A stretch of DNA of 64,000 nucleotides, filler included, from Reclinomonas americana ATCC 50394 (GCA_048213135.1; 8 parts of 5 records of this genome joined end to end with filler, not necessarily neighbours in it); one strand, 5' to 3'. Positions 29,781 through 40,432 are shown, counted from the whole stretch's first letter. Notes: generated by a model from the letters alone, not told the origin. A program made the numbers and translations.

Positions 29781-30902
29781 ATGATCGAAGAGCGAAGCCT
29801 CGAGGAGCGCTCCCGCGTGAGCGCGCCCTGCATCCGTACTTTCCTGAACATCGCGCGCCGATGGGATCTATCTGTGCGAGAGCAATCTCAGCTCCTCGGC
29901 TGCACGGTTGCGCAATTGCGAAAATGGGGGAGGGTTGCACGAGAGCAAAAGCCGCTTGCGCTCGAAACGGATACCTTGATGCGGCTTTCGGTCGTCCTCG
30001 GCGTTTTTGCCGATCTCCGGCGCTTGGTATTTGCGCTCGCAGGCAGTCGCGAGGAACGGCGGTGGCTAATGCGGGCGCGTCAATTCCATCCATTCAATGG
30101 ACGTGCGCCGCTCGAGGTTCTGTCTGGCTCGTTCGAAGACCAGATGGCCGTCAGGCGACATCTGGCCGCGGTCGCCGATGGCGCATCCGAGCGGCCTGAG
30201 CTTGGGCGAGTCGGCACATCAGAGCCGGACAATGAAGCGGATCGCGGGGTGCTTTCCGGATTCATCAAGGCGGTTTGCTTCGATGCCTTCGGCACAGTGG
30301 TTGAGATCGCCGACAAGAGGCGTCCCTATCAAACGCTGCTCCGCCACGAACCTTCTGCAATGCTCGGTGCAATGGTGCTGACTCAACCAATAGGGCTGCG
30401 CGAGCTGGCAAAAGGGATGGCGCGCCCGGCGAGCGAAAAGCTGCTGGCGCGGCTGGAGGCAGATGTCGCGGCGGAATGTGCATCGACGCGTGTCCGACAC
30501 GGCATGGAACGGATTTGGACCGACCTGCGTCGTGCGGGATTCAAGATCGCGGTCTGCTCCAATCTCGCGCAGCCCTACGAGAGCGCTTTGCTCGAAAAGC
30601 TCCCCGGACAACCAGACGCGCTGGTGTTGTCGTTTCGCGCGGGGCTGATGAAGCCGCAGCCGCAAATCTACCGATTGGTATGCCGCGAGTTGGGGCTGCA
30701 GCCTTCGGAGGTTCTATTTTGCGGTGACGATCTGGAAGCTGACGTGCTCGGCCCCGGCACCATCGACGCGATCGCTATGCCGATCGACGAGTTCCAGCGC
30801 TCATATGCGGGGCACGTATCCTTTTTCGCGCCCAGTGAAGTCACCGAGCTGTTCGAGCGAATTGCCGCGGTACGGCGGAGTGAAACCGCCGATCGCAGCT
30901 GA
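29781..30902 (+). CDS. Xre/MbcA/ParS-type antitoxin domain fused to a HAD hydrolase
   Basis: N-terminus RTFLNIARRWDLS...LLG...RLSVVLG...WL...PFNGRAPL. C-terminus has HAD motifs FDAFGT, CSN, KP and GDDLEAD. GAGGA RBS. Confidence 0.8.
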   Translation: MIEERSLEERSRVSAPCIRTFLNIARRWDLSVREQSQLLGCTVAQLRKWGRVAREQKPLALETDTLMRLSVVLGVFADLRRLVFALAGSREERRWLMRARQFHPFNGRAPLEVLSGSFEDQMAVRRHLAAVADGASERPELGRVGTSEPDNEADRGVLSGFIKAVCFDAFGTVVEIADKRRPYQTLLRHEPSAMLGAMVLTQPIGLRELAKGMARPASEKLLARLEADVAAECASTRVRHGMERIWTDLRRAGFKIAVCSNLAQPYESALLEKLPGQPDALVLSFRAGLMKPQPQIYRLVCRELGLQPSEVLFCGDDLEADVLGPGTIDAIAMPIDEFQRSYAGHVSFFAPSEVTELFERIAAVRRSETADRS

Positions 30903-31062
30903 GGCATTTCCAGTAGCGCTTACCAATCCGTTCGGATCGTCGGATTCCAGTGGAATCCGAGTTCATCCGCTCGCGCCACGGTTCTGCCCGTCCTGGTGGA
31001 TTCCGCCTCTCGCCTTCGTTCAAGCCGATCATTTGCGGGTGCACCCGCCAGAGGAGATCTTC

Positions 31063-33192
31063 ATGTCTCAAGAGAACTCCACACCTGCTTCAGGCGCTGC
31101 CGCTCCGATCGGTCCGCGCGATCTTTTGGCGCGCGCTTTTCTAGAGATCTTGGCTCGTGACGAAGGGGCCAGGCTGACGCCCATGCTGCGCAACTCCAGC
31201 ATGGATGACGACGTCGAAAATTTACTCGATGAGCTCAATCGCTCAACCACAAGCGTTGGGGAGGTTGTGCTCCGCCCCGACGTTGCTGCCGCTGCGATCC
31301 TGACGGCCCGGGCGATCGAGGCTGAGCCCGGATTGGCCCGGCGACTGCGCCGCGGAGCGCCAGTCGTAATCTTCGCAACCCACACGTCGGACCTGGTCGA
31401 AAGGGTCAAAGATATATTTGTCCGCTGCGTGCTGCCCGCACACGCTCAGGTTTTGGAAGCAGAAAACCCACTCAAACGGGCAACGCATCACGATGCGACG
31501 GCTTTGCTCGTAGCACGAGATGGCACGGATAGCGATCATCGGCCTGAAAAAGGCAACCGCAGCGTCGCATCGGCCCTCCATCGGCGGATGACAATCGTTG
31601 GCATTGCTCCGGATCCGGTCCGTCATCTGCCATCGACTCTTCTTCAATCAGTCGAACACGCTTTATCCTTGCCGGCACTGGATGAAACTGCGGTTGCGCT
31701 GGTCATTGAGGTCGTGACCGGCAAGGCGCCCACTCAAGCCATTAGCGATGAGATCATTCGTTTGCTCGATCTGGATGACCTGTTGCTGGCCATCCGTTCG
31801 CATCGCACAGCCGATCAATGCGTCGTCGCTCTGGACGAAATGGTTCGTAGGAAGACAGATTTTCTCGGCTCGGGCCCCTCGCTTGAGGATCTCGACGGCT
31901 ACGGCGCCGCCAAGACCTGGGGGCTCGAACTTGCGGAGGATATGGCCGATTTCAAAGCCGGTCGGCTTAGTTGGGATGAGCTGACCAACAAGGGTCTGTT
32001 GCTGTCGGGCCCCCCAGGTGTCGGCAAAACCCAGTTCGCGCGAGCCTTGGCGAAGTCAGCTCGTGTCCCACTCGTCTCGACGTCAGTCGCCCAATGGAAT
32101 TCCGAAACCTATCTATCGAACACATTGCAGGCGATCCGGGACGCTTTTTCGCAAGCCAAGCGCCAGGCGCCCTGCATTCTCTTCATCGATGAGATCGACG
32201 GAATCTCAGATCGGTCCCAATTGCGGGGCGATTTCGCCGAGTACTGGACCCAGATCGTCAATCTCCTGCTTGAGCAGCTGGCAAGCGTCGATGATCGGCC
32301 CGGCGTCGTCGTTGTCTCCGCGACGAACCATCCCGACAAGATCGACGCTGCAATCAAGCGGGCAGGGCGCCTGGATAGGGAAATCGTCATCGATAAGCCC
32401 GATCCCACGACGCTCGCGCGGATTTTCAGGCATCACCTTGGCGAGGAGCTTTTGGTCGGCGTTGATCTGATGCCGCTCGCGCTCGCGGCGCGCGGCGCGA
32501 CTGGCGCTGATGTTGAGGCCTTTGTCCGCCGGGCGAAGGGAGCTGCTCGGCGGGCAAAACGTCCACTTGCGCTCGACGACGTGCTTGCCGAAATTCGCGC
32601 CGGCCGCACTGGCCTTCCCGCGCAACATCGCCGCCGGATTGCAATCCACGAGGCTGGGCACGCCATCGTCAGTCACGAGCTGCAGACCGGAGCGCCGGTG
32701 GGGCTTTCGTTGCACGATGAAGGCGGCTCATTCGATCTGGCAGCCGACTTGTCGGGCGCAAGTACGCTTGAACGCTGCCAAGCCGAAATTGCGGTTCTGC
32801 TCGCCGGCCGGGTCGCCGAGCATCTGCTTTTGGGCGACGTCAGTATTGGCTCAGGCCTTGCCCCGGCTTCCGACCTCTGTCGAGCGACCAACATTGCGTG
32901 CGCGATCGAGGGGCGCTGCGGAATCGGTCAATTCGGAAGTGTATATATCGAGAATGCAACGGACTTTGCGAATATTCCTGGCCTGCTGACCGCGGTTCAA
33001 GGTCAGCTCAATCGAGCCGAGGCCAAAGCAACGGAGATCATGTCTCGTCGCGAAACAGCCCTGCGCGCTCTTTCAGATGCTCTTGCCGAGACCGGCTACC
33101 TATCGGCCGAACAAATCGAGCAGATTATTTCCGACCACGAAGTGCAAGTCGCCGGCCCAACTGACGAAAAGGCCCAACGAGGGCCCGAATAG
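31063..33192 (+). CDS. soluble FtsH-like AAA+ ATPase with M41 zinc peptidase domain
   Basis: GPPGVGKT, FIDEID, ATNHPDKIDAAIKRAGRLD, HEAGH and LLAGRVAE. No obvious N-terminal transmembrane helices; GAGGAG RBS. Confidence 0.88.
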   Translation: MSQENSTPASGAAAPIGPRDLLARAFLEILARDEGARLTPMLRNSSMDDDVENLLDELNRSTTSVGEVVLRPDVAAAAILTARAIEAEPGLARRLRRGAPVVIFATHTSDLVERVKDIFVRCVLPAHAQVLEAENPLKRATHHDATALLVARDGTDSDHRPEKGNRSVASALHRRMTIVGIAPDPVRHLPSTLLQSVEHALSLPALDETAVALVIEVVTGKAPTQAISDEIIRLLDLDDLLLAIRSHRTADQCVVALDEMVRRKTDFLGSGPSLEDLDGYGAAKTWGLELAEDMADFKAGRLSWDELTNKGLLLSGPPGVGKTQFARALAKSARVPLVSTSVAQWNSETYLSNTLQAIRDAFSQAKRQAPCILFIDEIDGISDRSQLRGDFAEYWTQIVNLLLEQLASVDDRPGVVVVSATNHPDKIDAAIKRAGRLDREIVIDKPDPTTLARIFRHHLGEELLVGVDLMPLALAARGATGADVEAFVRRAKGAARRAKRPLALDDVLAEIRAGRTGLPAQHRRRIAIHEAGHAIVSHELQTGAPVGLSLHDEGGSFDLAADLSGASTLERCQAEIAVLLAGRVAEHLLLGDVSIGSGLAPASDLCRATNIACAIEGRCGIGQFGSVYIENATDFANIPGLLTAVQGQLNRAEAKATEIMSRRETALRALSDALAETGYLSAEQIEQIISDHEVQVAGPTDEKAQRGPE

Positions 33193-33313
33193 GGATGGGC
33201 ATGTAGGTCCGACGATTCCGGGCCAACCCAACAAGAGAGCATCGATTCCGCAATAGTCGGATATCGCGCTCAGCGCGGCGGAATTCGATTCATCGAAACA
33301 ATCTGGAGGAACA

Positions 33314-34108
33314 ATGCGACTGCTCGTCATGTCCGATCTGCATCTAGAATTTGGACCGTTCGAGTTCCCGTCACCAATGCCGGATTTCGACGTGGCGGTT
33401 TTCGCCGGCGATATCGGACAACCGATTTCCGCAGCAGTTAAATGGTTGGCTCAGCAGCGAGGTGAGGGCGGCTCACTTCGCGAACGTCCGATTATTTACG
33501 TCCCAGGCAACCACGAGTTCTACCGGTCAGAGTTCAAAGCCAATCTGGCCGAGGGTAGCGCGGCTGCGGAACTCGCCGGCATCGAGCTCCTACTTCGCCG
33601 AGCGGTCGTGGTCGGGGGCGTACGCTTCCTCGGGGCCATCCTTTGGACCGATTACCGGATCCTGGGAACGCCGAAGCCTTCGATGGTTCATGCGGGCCAG
33701 AATCTAAACGACCATCGTCTGATCCGATACCGTCAGGAGGACGGACACTATAGTCGGTTCATGCCCTGGCACGCAGCGGCGGAGCACAGACTTGATGTCG
33801 CCTTCATCCGGCAAGAACTCACGACGCCGTTCGCCGGGCCAACCGTCGTAGTTACCCACCACGCGCCGCATCCGAATTCGATTCAGCCAAGGCACCAAGG
33901 CAGCCCTTTGACACCGGCATTCGCTTCTGATCTCGGGCATCTCATACAAGATTTTCAGCCTGAGCTCTGGATCCATGGACACGATCACGGTTTGCATGAT
34001 TATCGGATCGGGAAGACTCGCATTTTTGCGAACCAGGCCGGTTATCCAAATCTGCACGGCGATCGAGAGAATCGATGGTTCGACCCTCTTTGCGTCGTAG
34101 AGGTCTGA
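33314..34108 (+). CDS. calcineurin-like metallophosphoesterase
   Basis: SDLHLE, AGD, PGNHEFY, THH and HGHDH; GGAGG RBS. Confidence 0.92.
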   Translation: MRLLVMSDLHLEFGPFEFPSPMPDFDVAVFAGDIGQPISAAVKWLAQQRGEGGSLRERPIIYVPGNHEFYRSEFKANLAEGSAAAELAGIELLLRRAVVVGGVRFLGAILWTDYRILGTPKPSMVHAGQNLNDHRLIRYRQEDGHYSRFMPWHAAAEHRLDVAFIRQELTTPFAGPTVVVTHHAPHPNSIQPRHQGSPLTPAFASDLGHLIQDFQPELWIHGHDHGLHDYRIGKTRIFANQAGYPNLHGDRENRWFDPLCVVEV

Positions 34109-34236
34109 TCACTCGATGACCAACCCATTTCACAGGGGATCCGTGAAGCCAGATCAGCTGCTCTCTACAAGCCCATCAATAGGCCCTCGAGGGCCAGCGG
34201 GCGTGCAGGTCATCGATCACGAAGGCGTGGTCATGA

Positions 34237-34260
34237 GTATCCCTCCGGTTAGGCCACGGG
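34237..34260. mobile_element. IS66-like terminal inverted repeat remnant
   Basis: GTATCCCTCCGGTTAGGCCACGG resembles IS66 ends and lies just downstream of a pRiA4b ORF3 gene, which is often associated with IS66. Confidence 0.45.
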
Positions 34261-34274
34261 TGCGTCCGGCCTGA

Positions 34275-34891
34275 TCAGTTGACCTGGCCTCGGCTTTTGG
34301 CGAACGCGGCCTTGCCGATGGCTCGACGCCTGGCGAGCTTGGCGATGCGGGCCTGGACGCCGGCGTCATCGAGGTGCTCCGGATCGAAGGGGCGGCCGTG
34401 CCAGCGCATGAGTTCGTCATGTTGCTCGTGTTCGGGATCGGCCATGGCGTCGAGGAAGAGTTCGAAGCCCGGGATTCCGCCGACATCCTCCGGTGGGCCG
34501 CGCCGGGCGCCGTCGATGTATCGGGGATAGTCGGCGCCGGGATCGGCGCTGAAGACTGTCTCGACAGTGACGGTGTGCCGCCATTCGTCGCCGAAGTCGT
34601 AGGTGTAGGAGAGTTGGGTGACACCGCGATCGACGAGCGCGCCGAGCTTGGCCGTCCGGGCAGAGAAGGTGCTGTCGCGCAGGCTGTCCCACTTTGGATC
34701 GGGGATGGCGAAGCGCTTCCCATCGGCACGGAACTCGAAGAGATGATAGTCCTCGAACGGCATTGTTGCCTGGATGACGTCGTGCAGAGCCTTGAGCGAA
34801 GCGGTCAGCGGCACCTCGACGCGCCGCCAGATGACGGGGCGCCGGTCGTCGAGCTCGATTTAAGGCGTGCGATGCGATCGACATGGCTCAT
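34275..34891 (-). CDS. plasmid pRiA4b ORF-3 family protein, 1-nt frameshift near 34860
   Basis: IWRRVEVP, LHDVIQ, HLFEF, YTYDFGDEWRH and PPEDVGG. The N-terminus MSHVDRIARL is one A short of being in frame. Confidence 0.85.
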
Positions 34892-34970
34892 GCTGCCAAA
34901 CCAGATGAGCCTCTGGGCAAAATCATCCATCAATGCCAAGATGCTGATTGAAGAGTGCCTTCGACACTGA

Positions 34971-35465
34971 TCACTTCGCTCGCTGCAGACGCGCCGCGAT
35001 TGCGTTCATTTGCTCAATTTCTTGCCGCTGACCTTGCGAGATTTCCAGACAAAGCTTGATGAGTTCGGGATCCTGGAGTTTGGCCGCGCGGCACATCAGA
35101 ATAGCACCGGAATGGTGAGGCACCATCGACTGGATGAATTGGCGGTCGCCGACTAGCGCCTGGCTGCGCGTGGCCCAGAATGAGCCGAGAGTCACCACTG
35201 CGAACAAGACATAAAGTACAATGTTCGTGCGCGCGTCCTGATACATCCCCGCCATCGTCGCGAGCATCAGTATACCCATTGGAGCCCACATGGTAAGCGC
35301 CATGTACAGCATGTTGGCATTGTTGCGATAGTCCCGCCACCCATCGATCATCGTGTACATCACGAGGTACATCACGACGAGACTCAACAGTAAATTGAGG
35401 CCGAGCATCCAGTATGCGCCTCTTCCAGAGTGGGTCTGTCCTTGATGAGGCTCTGTCTTATTCAT
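34971..35465 (-). CDS. DUF305-domain membrane protein
   Basis: Hydrophobic Met-rich N-terminus; FIQSMVPHHSGAILM...EIEQM. Confidence 0.8.
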   Translation of the reverse strand: MNKTEPHQGQTHSGRGAYWMLGLNLLLSLVVMYLVMYTMIDGWRDYRNNANMLYMALTMWAPMGILMLATMAGMYQDARTNIVLYVLFAVVTLGSFWATRSQALVGDRQFIQSMVPHHSGAILMCRAAKLQDPELIKLCLEISQGQRQEIEQMNAIAARLQRAK

Positions 35466-35774
35466 GGGCCGCTTCCTTTTGTTCGGTCAATTTGGTGACA
35501 CCGTGACCGGGGTGCAGCAGGATAACGCGCTGAAAAGACGATTGTTTCGTCGATCCGGCGGCCCCACACCACTCTGGCGTGTTCCGCGACCAATTCCGGA
35601 TGGGCTTGGCTTTAAAATCCACGAAGACCCGGCCCGCCGGNNNNNNNNNNNNNNNNNNNNNNNNNNNNNNNNNNNNNNNNNNNNTTAATTAATTAANNNN
35701 NNNNNNNNNNNNNNNNNNNNNNNNNNNNNNNNNNNNNNNNAGGAGTCTCGGAGGACGGGGGAAGGCGAAGGCGT

Positions 35775-36688
35775 CTATCCGAGTGTGATGGTTGTCCCGG
35801 CCTTTGCCCTCCGAGGATCTTCCGGGCGTCTTCCAGGCGTCCAATGCCCGCGATCCGGCCGGGCGTCACGGCGAACTGGCAGGCGGCCTCCACCTTCGGC
35901 CCCATGGAGCCGGGTGGGAACTGGTGGGCCGAAAGTTCATCGGGTCGCGCACGTCGCACGAGACGTTGTTGAGCCGTGCCCCAGTCGAGATAAACGGCAT
36001 CGACATCCGTCAGCATCAGAAATGCATCGGCGGCGAGGTCGGCGGCCAGCAGTCCGGCAGCGCGATCCTTGTCGATGACAGCCTCGACGCCCTGAAGGTC
36101 GCCGGAGGGCTTGCGGATGACTGGAATGCCGCCGCCGCCGACGCAGATGGTGACGACCTTGGCCGTGACCAGCATGCGGATGACCTCGATCTGAACGATC
36201 CGGTTCGGCAACGGGGAAGGGACAACGCGTCGCCAGCGGCCTGGCGTCTCTTCAACCATGGGCCAGCCATGCTCGGCGCGGGCTCGTTCGGCCTCCTGGG
36301 CCGCATAAATCGGACCGATCGGCTTCTCGCGCCGGCCGAACGCGGGATCGTCGTGCTCTACCTCGATGTGTGTGAGCAAGGTCGCCAGCCGGGTCGCCGG
36401 CGGAAGGGCGTTGGCGAGCTCCTGCTCGATCATGTAGCCGATCATGCCGATGCTTTCAGCGCTGATGACGTCGAGGGGGTAGGGCGGAACCTCCTTCAAT
36501 GCGGCGGCTTGCAGGGCGAGCAATCCCACTTGCGGGCCACTTCCATGAGCGACGACAATGTCGTGGCTGCTTGCGAGATCGGTGAGCGCCAGGGCGGCCT
36601 TTCGCACATTGGCGCGCTGAGCATCGGCGCTCATAGGCTGTCCCCGCTGCAGCAGCGCATTCCCTCCAAGTGCAACGACAATGCGCAT
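35775..36688 (-). CDS. arcC: carbamate kinase
   Basis: VVALGGNAL, HGSGPQVG, GGGGIPV, EAVIDKD and GSMGPKV. The natural end KAGTTITLG* is out of frame through homopolymer indels. Confidence 0.92.
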
Positions 36689-37119
36689 TGTCAGATCTCC
36701 AGGCGTCCGGAGAATAACGGGAGCAAAGAAGCTGCTTCCGGGCCGTGATAAGCGCCGTTCTTCCGGCCTCGCATCGGCGAAAGATCATTCGTCACCAGCT
36801 CTTCACCTATGTTCGTGCCCCACTCGCAACGCGCCAAATGACAGTCCCGCCTCGGTCGCCTGATGTCCGCTCGACATAGTACGCGCAGGACCGCGCGAGC
36901 GTGTCCCACACCTTGTCTCAGTTGAGTAACAGGACTCATCTGTCGAGGGCCGAAGCTGATCGATCCTTGATCGAAGTTAAGTTCAGCCATGGTGGCGCGT
37001 TCTACCGTACTTCAAGGATTGAAAAGTAGGTGGCGGGCTATCCGGCGCTTCATCGGTAAATGACACCTGGCGTTGCGCGGCCGCAACAGCACAACGAACG
37101 ATATGAGGAGGGCCTGTTC

Positions 37120-37587
37120 ATGCAATTCAAGTTGAAAGCGATGCTGGCATTCGCGGTCCTATTCGCGCCGACGCTCGCCCTTGCGCAGCATGACGCGCAT
37201 CACGACGGTGATGCGGGTGCCCCGGCCTCACCGCCGGCTGCAATGGTGCCACAGCAGCAATGCGCAGCGATGATGGGGATGATGAAAGGCATGATGGGCG
37301 AGCACATGTCGGCATGCCTGGCGGCGTTACCGTCGGCCTCGCAGGCCTACATGCGGGCGATGATGGGCATGCACATGCCGATGATGGAAGCGATGCAGGC
37401 GAAAGACCCGGACGTGGCTTTCGTAAAGGGAATGATCCCGCACCATCAGGCCGCGATCGACATGGCGCGGGCGGTTCTTCAGTTCGGATCCGACGAGCCG
37501 ATAAAGGCCATGGCTGAGCAGATGATCGCGGGCCAGCAGGCCGAAATCGATCGGATGCGCGAGTGGTTGCGGAAACGCGGCCAATAG
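37120..37587 (+). CDS. exported Met/His-rich DUF305 (CopM-like) metal-binding protein
   Basis: Signal peptide, QHDAHH, Met-rich stretch and FVKGMIPHHQAAIDMA. Confidence 0.82.
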   Translation: MQFKLKAMLAFAVLFAPTLALAQHDAHHDGDAGAPASPPAAMVPQQQCAAMMGMMKGMMGEHMSACLAALPSASQAYMRAMMGMHMPMMEAMQAKDPDVAFVKGMIPHHQAAIDMARAVLQFGSDEPIKAMAEQMIAGQQAEIDRMREWLRKRGQ

Positions 37588-37663
37588 GTCGGACTGTGGG
37601 TCCCGACGCCGCGATTCTGGACCGCCGCGAGTTTGCGATGTGAGTGTGATCGGAGCAGATCAG

Positions 37664-38134
37664 ATGGTTGTGCGGGCGTGGCTGCGGCGCGCTGGTGGCG
37701 TCATCGTCGCAATGATGTTGGCGATCGGCACGGTGGTCGCTGATGATGGCTATCGCCAAGCGGATGGCCTGGCGGTCTATCTTGGCCTCGTGCCGGCGGC
37801 GGTCGTTCGAGGACATCCAACCGCTCACTCGGAAAGCACGATGCACGGCGGCGCCGGAACGGGACGCCATCAGCAACACATCGTCGTGGCGGTGTTCGAT
37901 GCGCAAACGGCTGCGCGCATCGAGAATGCGCGGGTATCCGCGACGATCGGCGGCCTTGGTCATGTCGGCCAACAAACCGTAGAGCTCGATCCCATGAGGA
38001 TCGAGAACACCGTCACCTACGGGGGATTTATCACCCTTCCGGGCAACGATCGGTATGAAATCGCCGTCACGGTTATCGTTCCGGCACGTTCGCGCCCAGT
38101 GTCGGTGACCTTCTCAAGCGCTCACGTTCAATAG
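37664..38134 (+). CDS. exported His-rich hypothetical protein, probably metal-related
   Basis: Signal-like N-terminus, HPTAHSESTMHGG and HIVVAVFD; lies among copper genes. Start uncertain. Confidence 0.6.
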   Translation: MVVRAWLRRAGGVIVAMMLAIGTVVADDGYRQADGLAVYLGLVPAAVVRGHPTAHSESTMHGGAGTGRHQQHIVVAVFDAQTAARIENARVSATIGGLGHVGQQTVELDPMRIENTVTYGGFITLPGNDRYEIAVTVIVPARSRPVSVTFSSAHVQ

Positions 38135-38271
38135 ACCGGGCACAAGCGACGCCAGCGCGCGATCGCCGCCGCCATTCGGATTCGTCCGGGCTGAGATCTC
38201 AAGAGCGCGTTAGTAACAAAGTGCTGCTTGATTACGAAAGATATGGGTAGGACCTCGTCTGGAGGCTGACC

Positions 38272-38945
38272 ATGACATGGCACCGACTTCGAACGGAACG
38301 GTTGATCGAAAGGCTTGTCGCCGACCTCCGGCCTTGGCAAATCGAAAGGCGGATCCGCACCCATCGGCTCTGGATGGCTGCCGTTCTCGCGATCGCCTTG
38401 CCCCCGCTCGCACTTGCGCAGCCTTTTCGTGCCGATCTCGCCTCCCGATTGGCGGATGCGATGTTCGTCGCCTCTATCGCGACCTCCGCGATGATCTTTG
38501 TCACAGGTCTCGTAACGGTGCTCATACTGGGCACCCCAGGCCGATCATGGCTCTGGCTTCTGGTTCCGCTGGTTGCCTTCGGGCTATGGCTCGTCTCGGA
38601 ATCAGCAAGCATTGCCGTCGACCTCTTCCGTGAGGGTTGGCGTGCCTGGGCCTTCGAGACCAGCCCGCGATGCCCGCTGATCATCGGGGCGGCGTGCCGG
38701 TTTTCTTCGCCCTCGTTGGCGTCAGCCGGGTCGGCCTCATTGTGTGGCGAGGACCGATCATCGCGATTGCCGCTCTGTCGGCCTTTTCCCTGCCCGCAAC
38801 CATGTTGAACCTGTTTCACAGCCTGGACACGGGAGCGATGGTCCTGCTGTGGCATTTCGGCGCCATCACTGTTTTCTCGATCACCGCAGCGTTCCTCCTC
38901 AGCCGTCGCATTCCGCGCGGTTTGTGCGACTGGCTCGGATTATGA
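38272..38945 (+). CDS. NrsF/DUF1109-like membrane anti-sigma factor, frameshifted near 38690
   Basis: TERLIERLVADLRP N-terminus, several TM segments and C-terminal LLWH. The two halves are offset by one base at a G run. Confidence 0.6.
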
Positions 38946-39019
38946 GCGGCCGGTCGGCGCAAGAATGACGCTCTGATTGGCGAGCGCACGCGACCGGCTC
39001 ATTGCGGCGGCACGGCTTT

Positions 39020-40294
39020 TCAGCTGACCGCCGCGAAGGCGGCCTCCTCTATCCGTTCGCATTCCGGCTGGTCGATCATGACGGCCTGCAAGCGGTGTTC
39101 TTCCTGCTGAATATAGTTGCGGGTGAGCGGTACGGCGTTCTGCCGTCTGGCGATCTGTATCTGGAACACCATCATGCCTTGATAGCGAAAGGCGAGTTCG
39201 GAGACGCCGAGATAATACTCCCACAAGCGGGCGAAGCGCTCATCAAACAGGTCGACCACTTCAGTGCGGCGGGCGAGAAATCGCTCGCGCCAGTGTCTGA
39301 GCGTTTCCGCATAATGCAGGCGGAGGATTTCAATGTCGGTGACGACGAGGCCCGCCCGCTCGATCGCCGGCAGCACCTCGGAAAGCGCCGGGATGTATCC
39401 ACCTGGAAAGATATACTTCGCGATCCAGGGGTTGGTGTAGCCCGGCGCATCAGAGCGGCCGATCGAGTGAAGCAGAAGCACGCCATCCTCATCCAGCAAA
39501 TCGCGGCATTTTCGGAAGAAGGCGTCATAGTTGTTCACGCCGACATGTTCGAACATGCCCACGGAGACGATGCGATCGAAGCGTTCGGTCACGTCCCTGT
39601 AGTCCTGCGACCGAAAGTCGAGACGTCCCGGATCTGGAGCAGCAGCGGCGCGGGCCTTGGCGAATTCGAGCTGCTCGGCCGAGAGGGTGATTCCGGTGAC
39701 GCGGGCGTTGAACGTGTCAGCGAGGTAGAGTGCCAAACCTCCCCAGCCGCAGCCAATGTCAAGAATGCGCGCATTGTGACGGGCTCGCAGCTTTGCTGCG
39801 ATATGGCGCTTCTTGGCCTGCTGCGCCTCTTCCAGGGACATGTCTGCGTTCTCGAAGTAGGCGCAACTATATTGCATGTCGCTGTCGAGAAAGATTTTGT
39901 AAAGCTTCCCGCTGAGGTCATAGTGATGGGCGACGTTTCGCCTGGATCGCTTGCGGTCGTTTTTTTGCGCCAGCCGCCGAAGGGCGAAGCGCAGGCCGGA
40001 CAGCATTTTTGTCGCGATCGGCGGGGCGCCGGTGCGATTCTGGGACAATAGCAGCTCGAGCAGCTGCGTGATGGTGCCCTGCTCGACAAGGAGGTCGCCG
40101 TCGACGAAGGCCTCGCCAAGGTGCAGTTCCGGATCGAGCAGGACCCGTCGCTGCGCCGTGGCAGATCTGAACCGTATGGCAACCGCGAAGCCACAGCCGT
40201 CACCGAATGTTCGGGCGATACCATTGGCTGTCGTTATCGTGAGACTTCCGGTTTTGATAAGACGACGAAGAGATTTGAAAACAAGGGCATCCAT
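39020..40294 (-). CDS. cfa: cyclopropane-fatty-acyl-phospholipid synthase
   Basis: NVAHHYDL, QYSCAYF, LDIGCGWGG, SVGMFEHVG and YIFPGG. Confidence 0.93.
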   Translation of the reverse strand: MDALVFKSLRRLIKTGSLTITTANGIARTFGDGCGFAVAIRFRSATAQRRVLLDPELHLGEAFVDGDLLVEQGTITQLLELLLSQNRTGAPPIATKMLSGLRFALRRLAQKNDRKRSRRNVAHHYDLSGKLYKIFLDSDMQYSCAYFENADMSLEEAQQAKKRHIAAKLRARHNARILDIGCGWGGLALYLADTFNARVTGITLSAEQLEFAKARAAAAPDPGRLDFRSQDYRDVTERFDRIVSVGMFEHVGVNNYDAFFRKCRDLLDEDGVLLLHSIGRSDAPGYTNPWIAKYIFPGGYIPALSEVLPAIERAGLVVTDIEILRLHYAETLRHWRERFLARRTEVVDLFDERFARLWEYYLGVSELAFRYQGMMVFQIQIARRQNAVPLTRNYIQQEEHRLQAVMIDQPECERIEEAAFAAVS

Positions 40295-40432
40295 GGCCGC
40301 GCTTTCTCAGTCGATTTGACGCAAACCCGGACTAGAATGCGCGTGGACGGGCAGCAGACTTTAACGTGGATTGAACAGACGCAGCGCTGAAGTCATAAAT
40401 GGTTGAGTCGATTATCGGTTCGACAATTGTGC

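Noticed and set aside
35775..36688. arcC as dedicated carbamoyl-phosphate supplier for the carbamoyltransferase
   Set aside because: It lies on a different contig about 30 kb away in a microoxic context, with no evidence of linkage.
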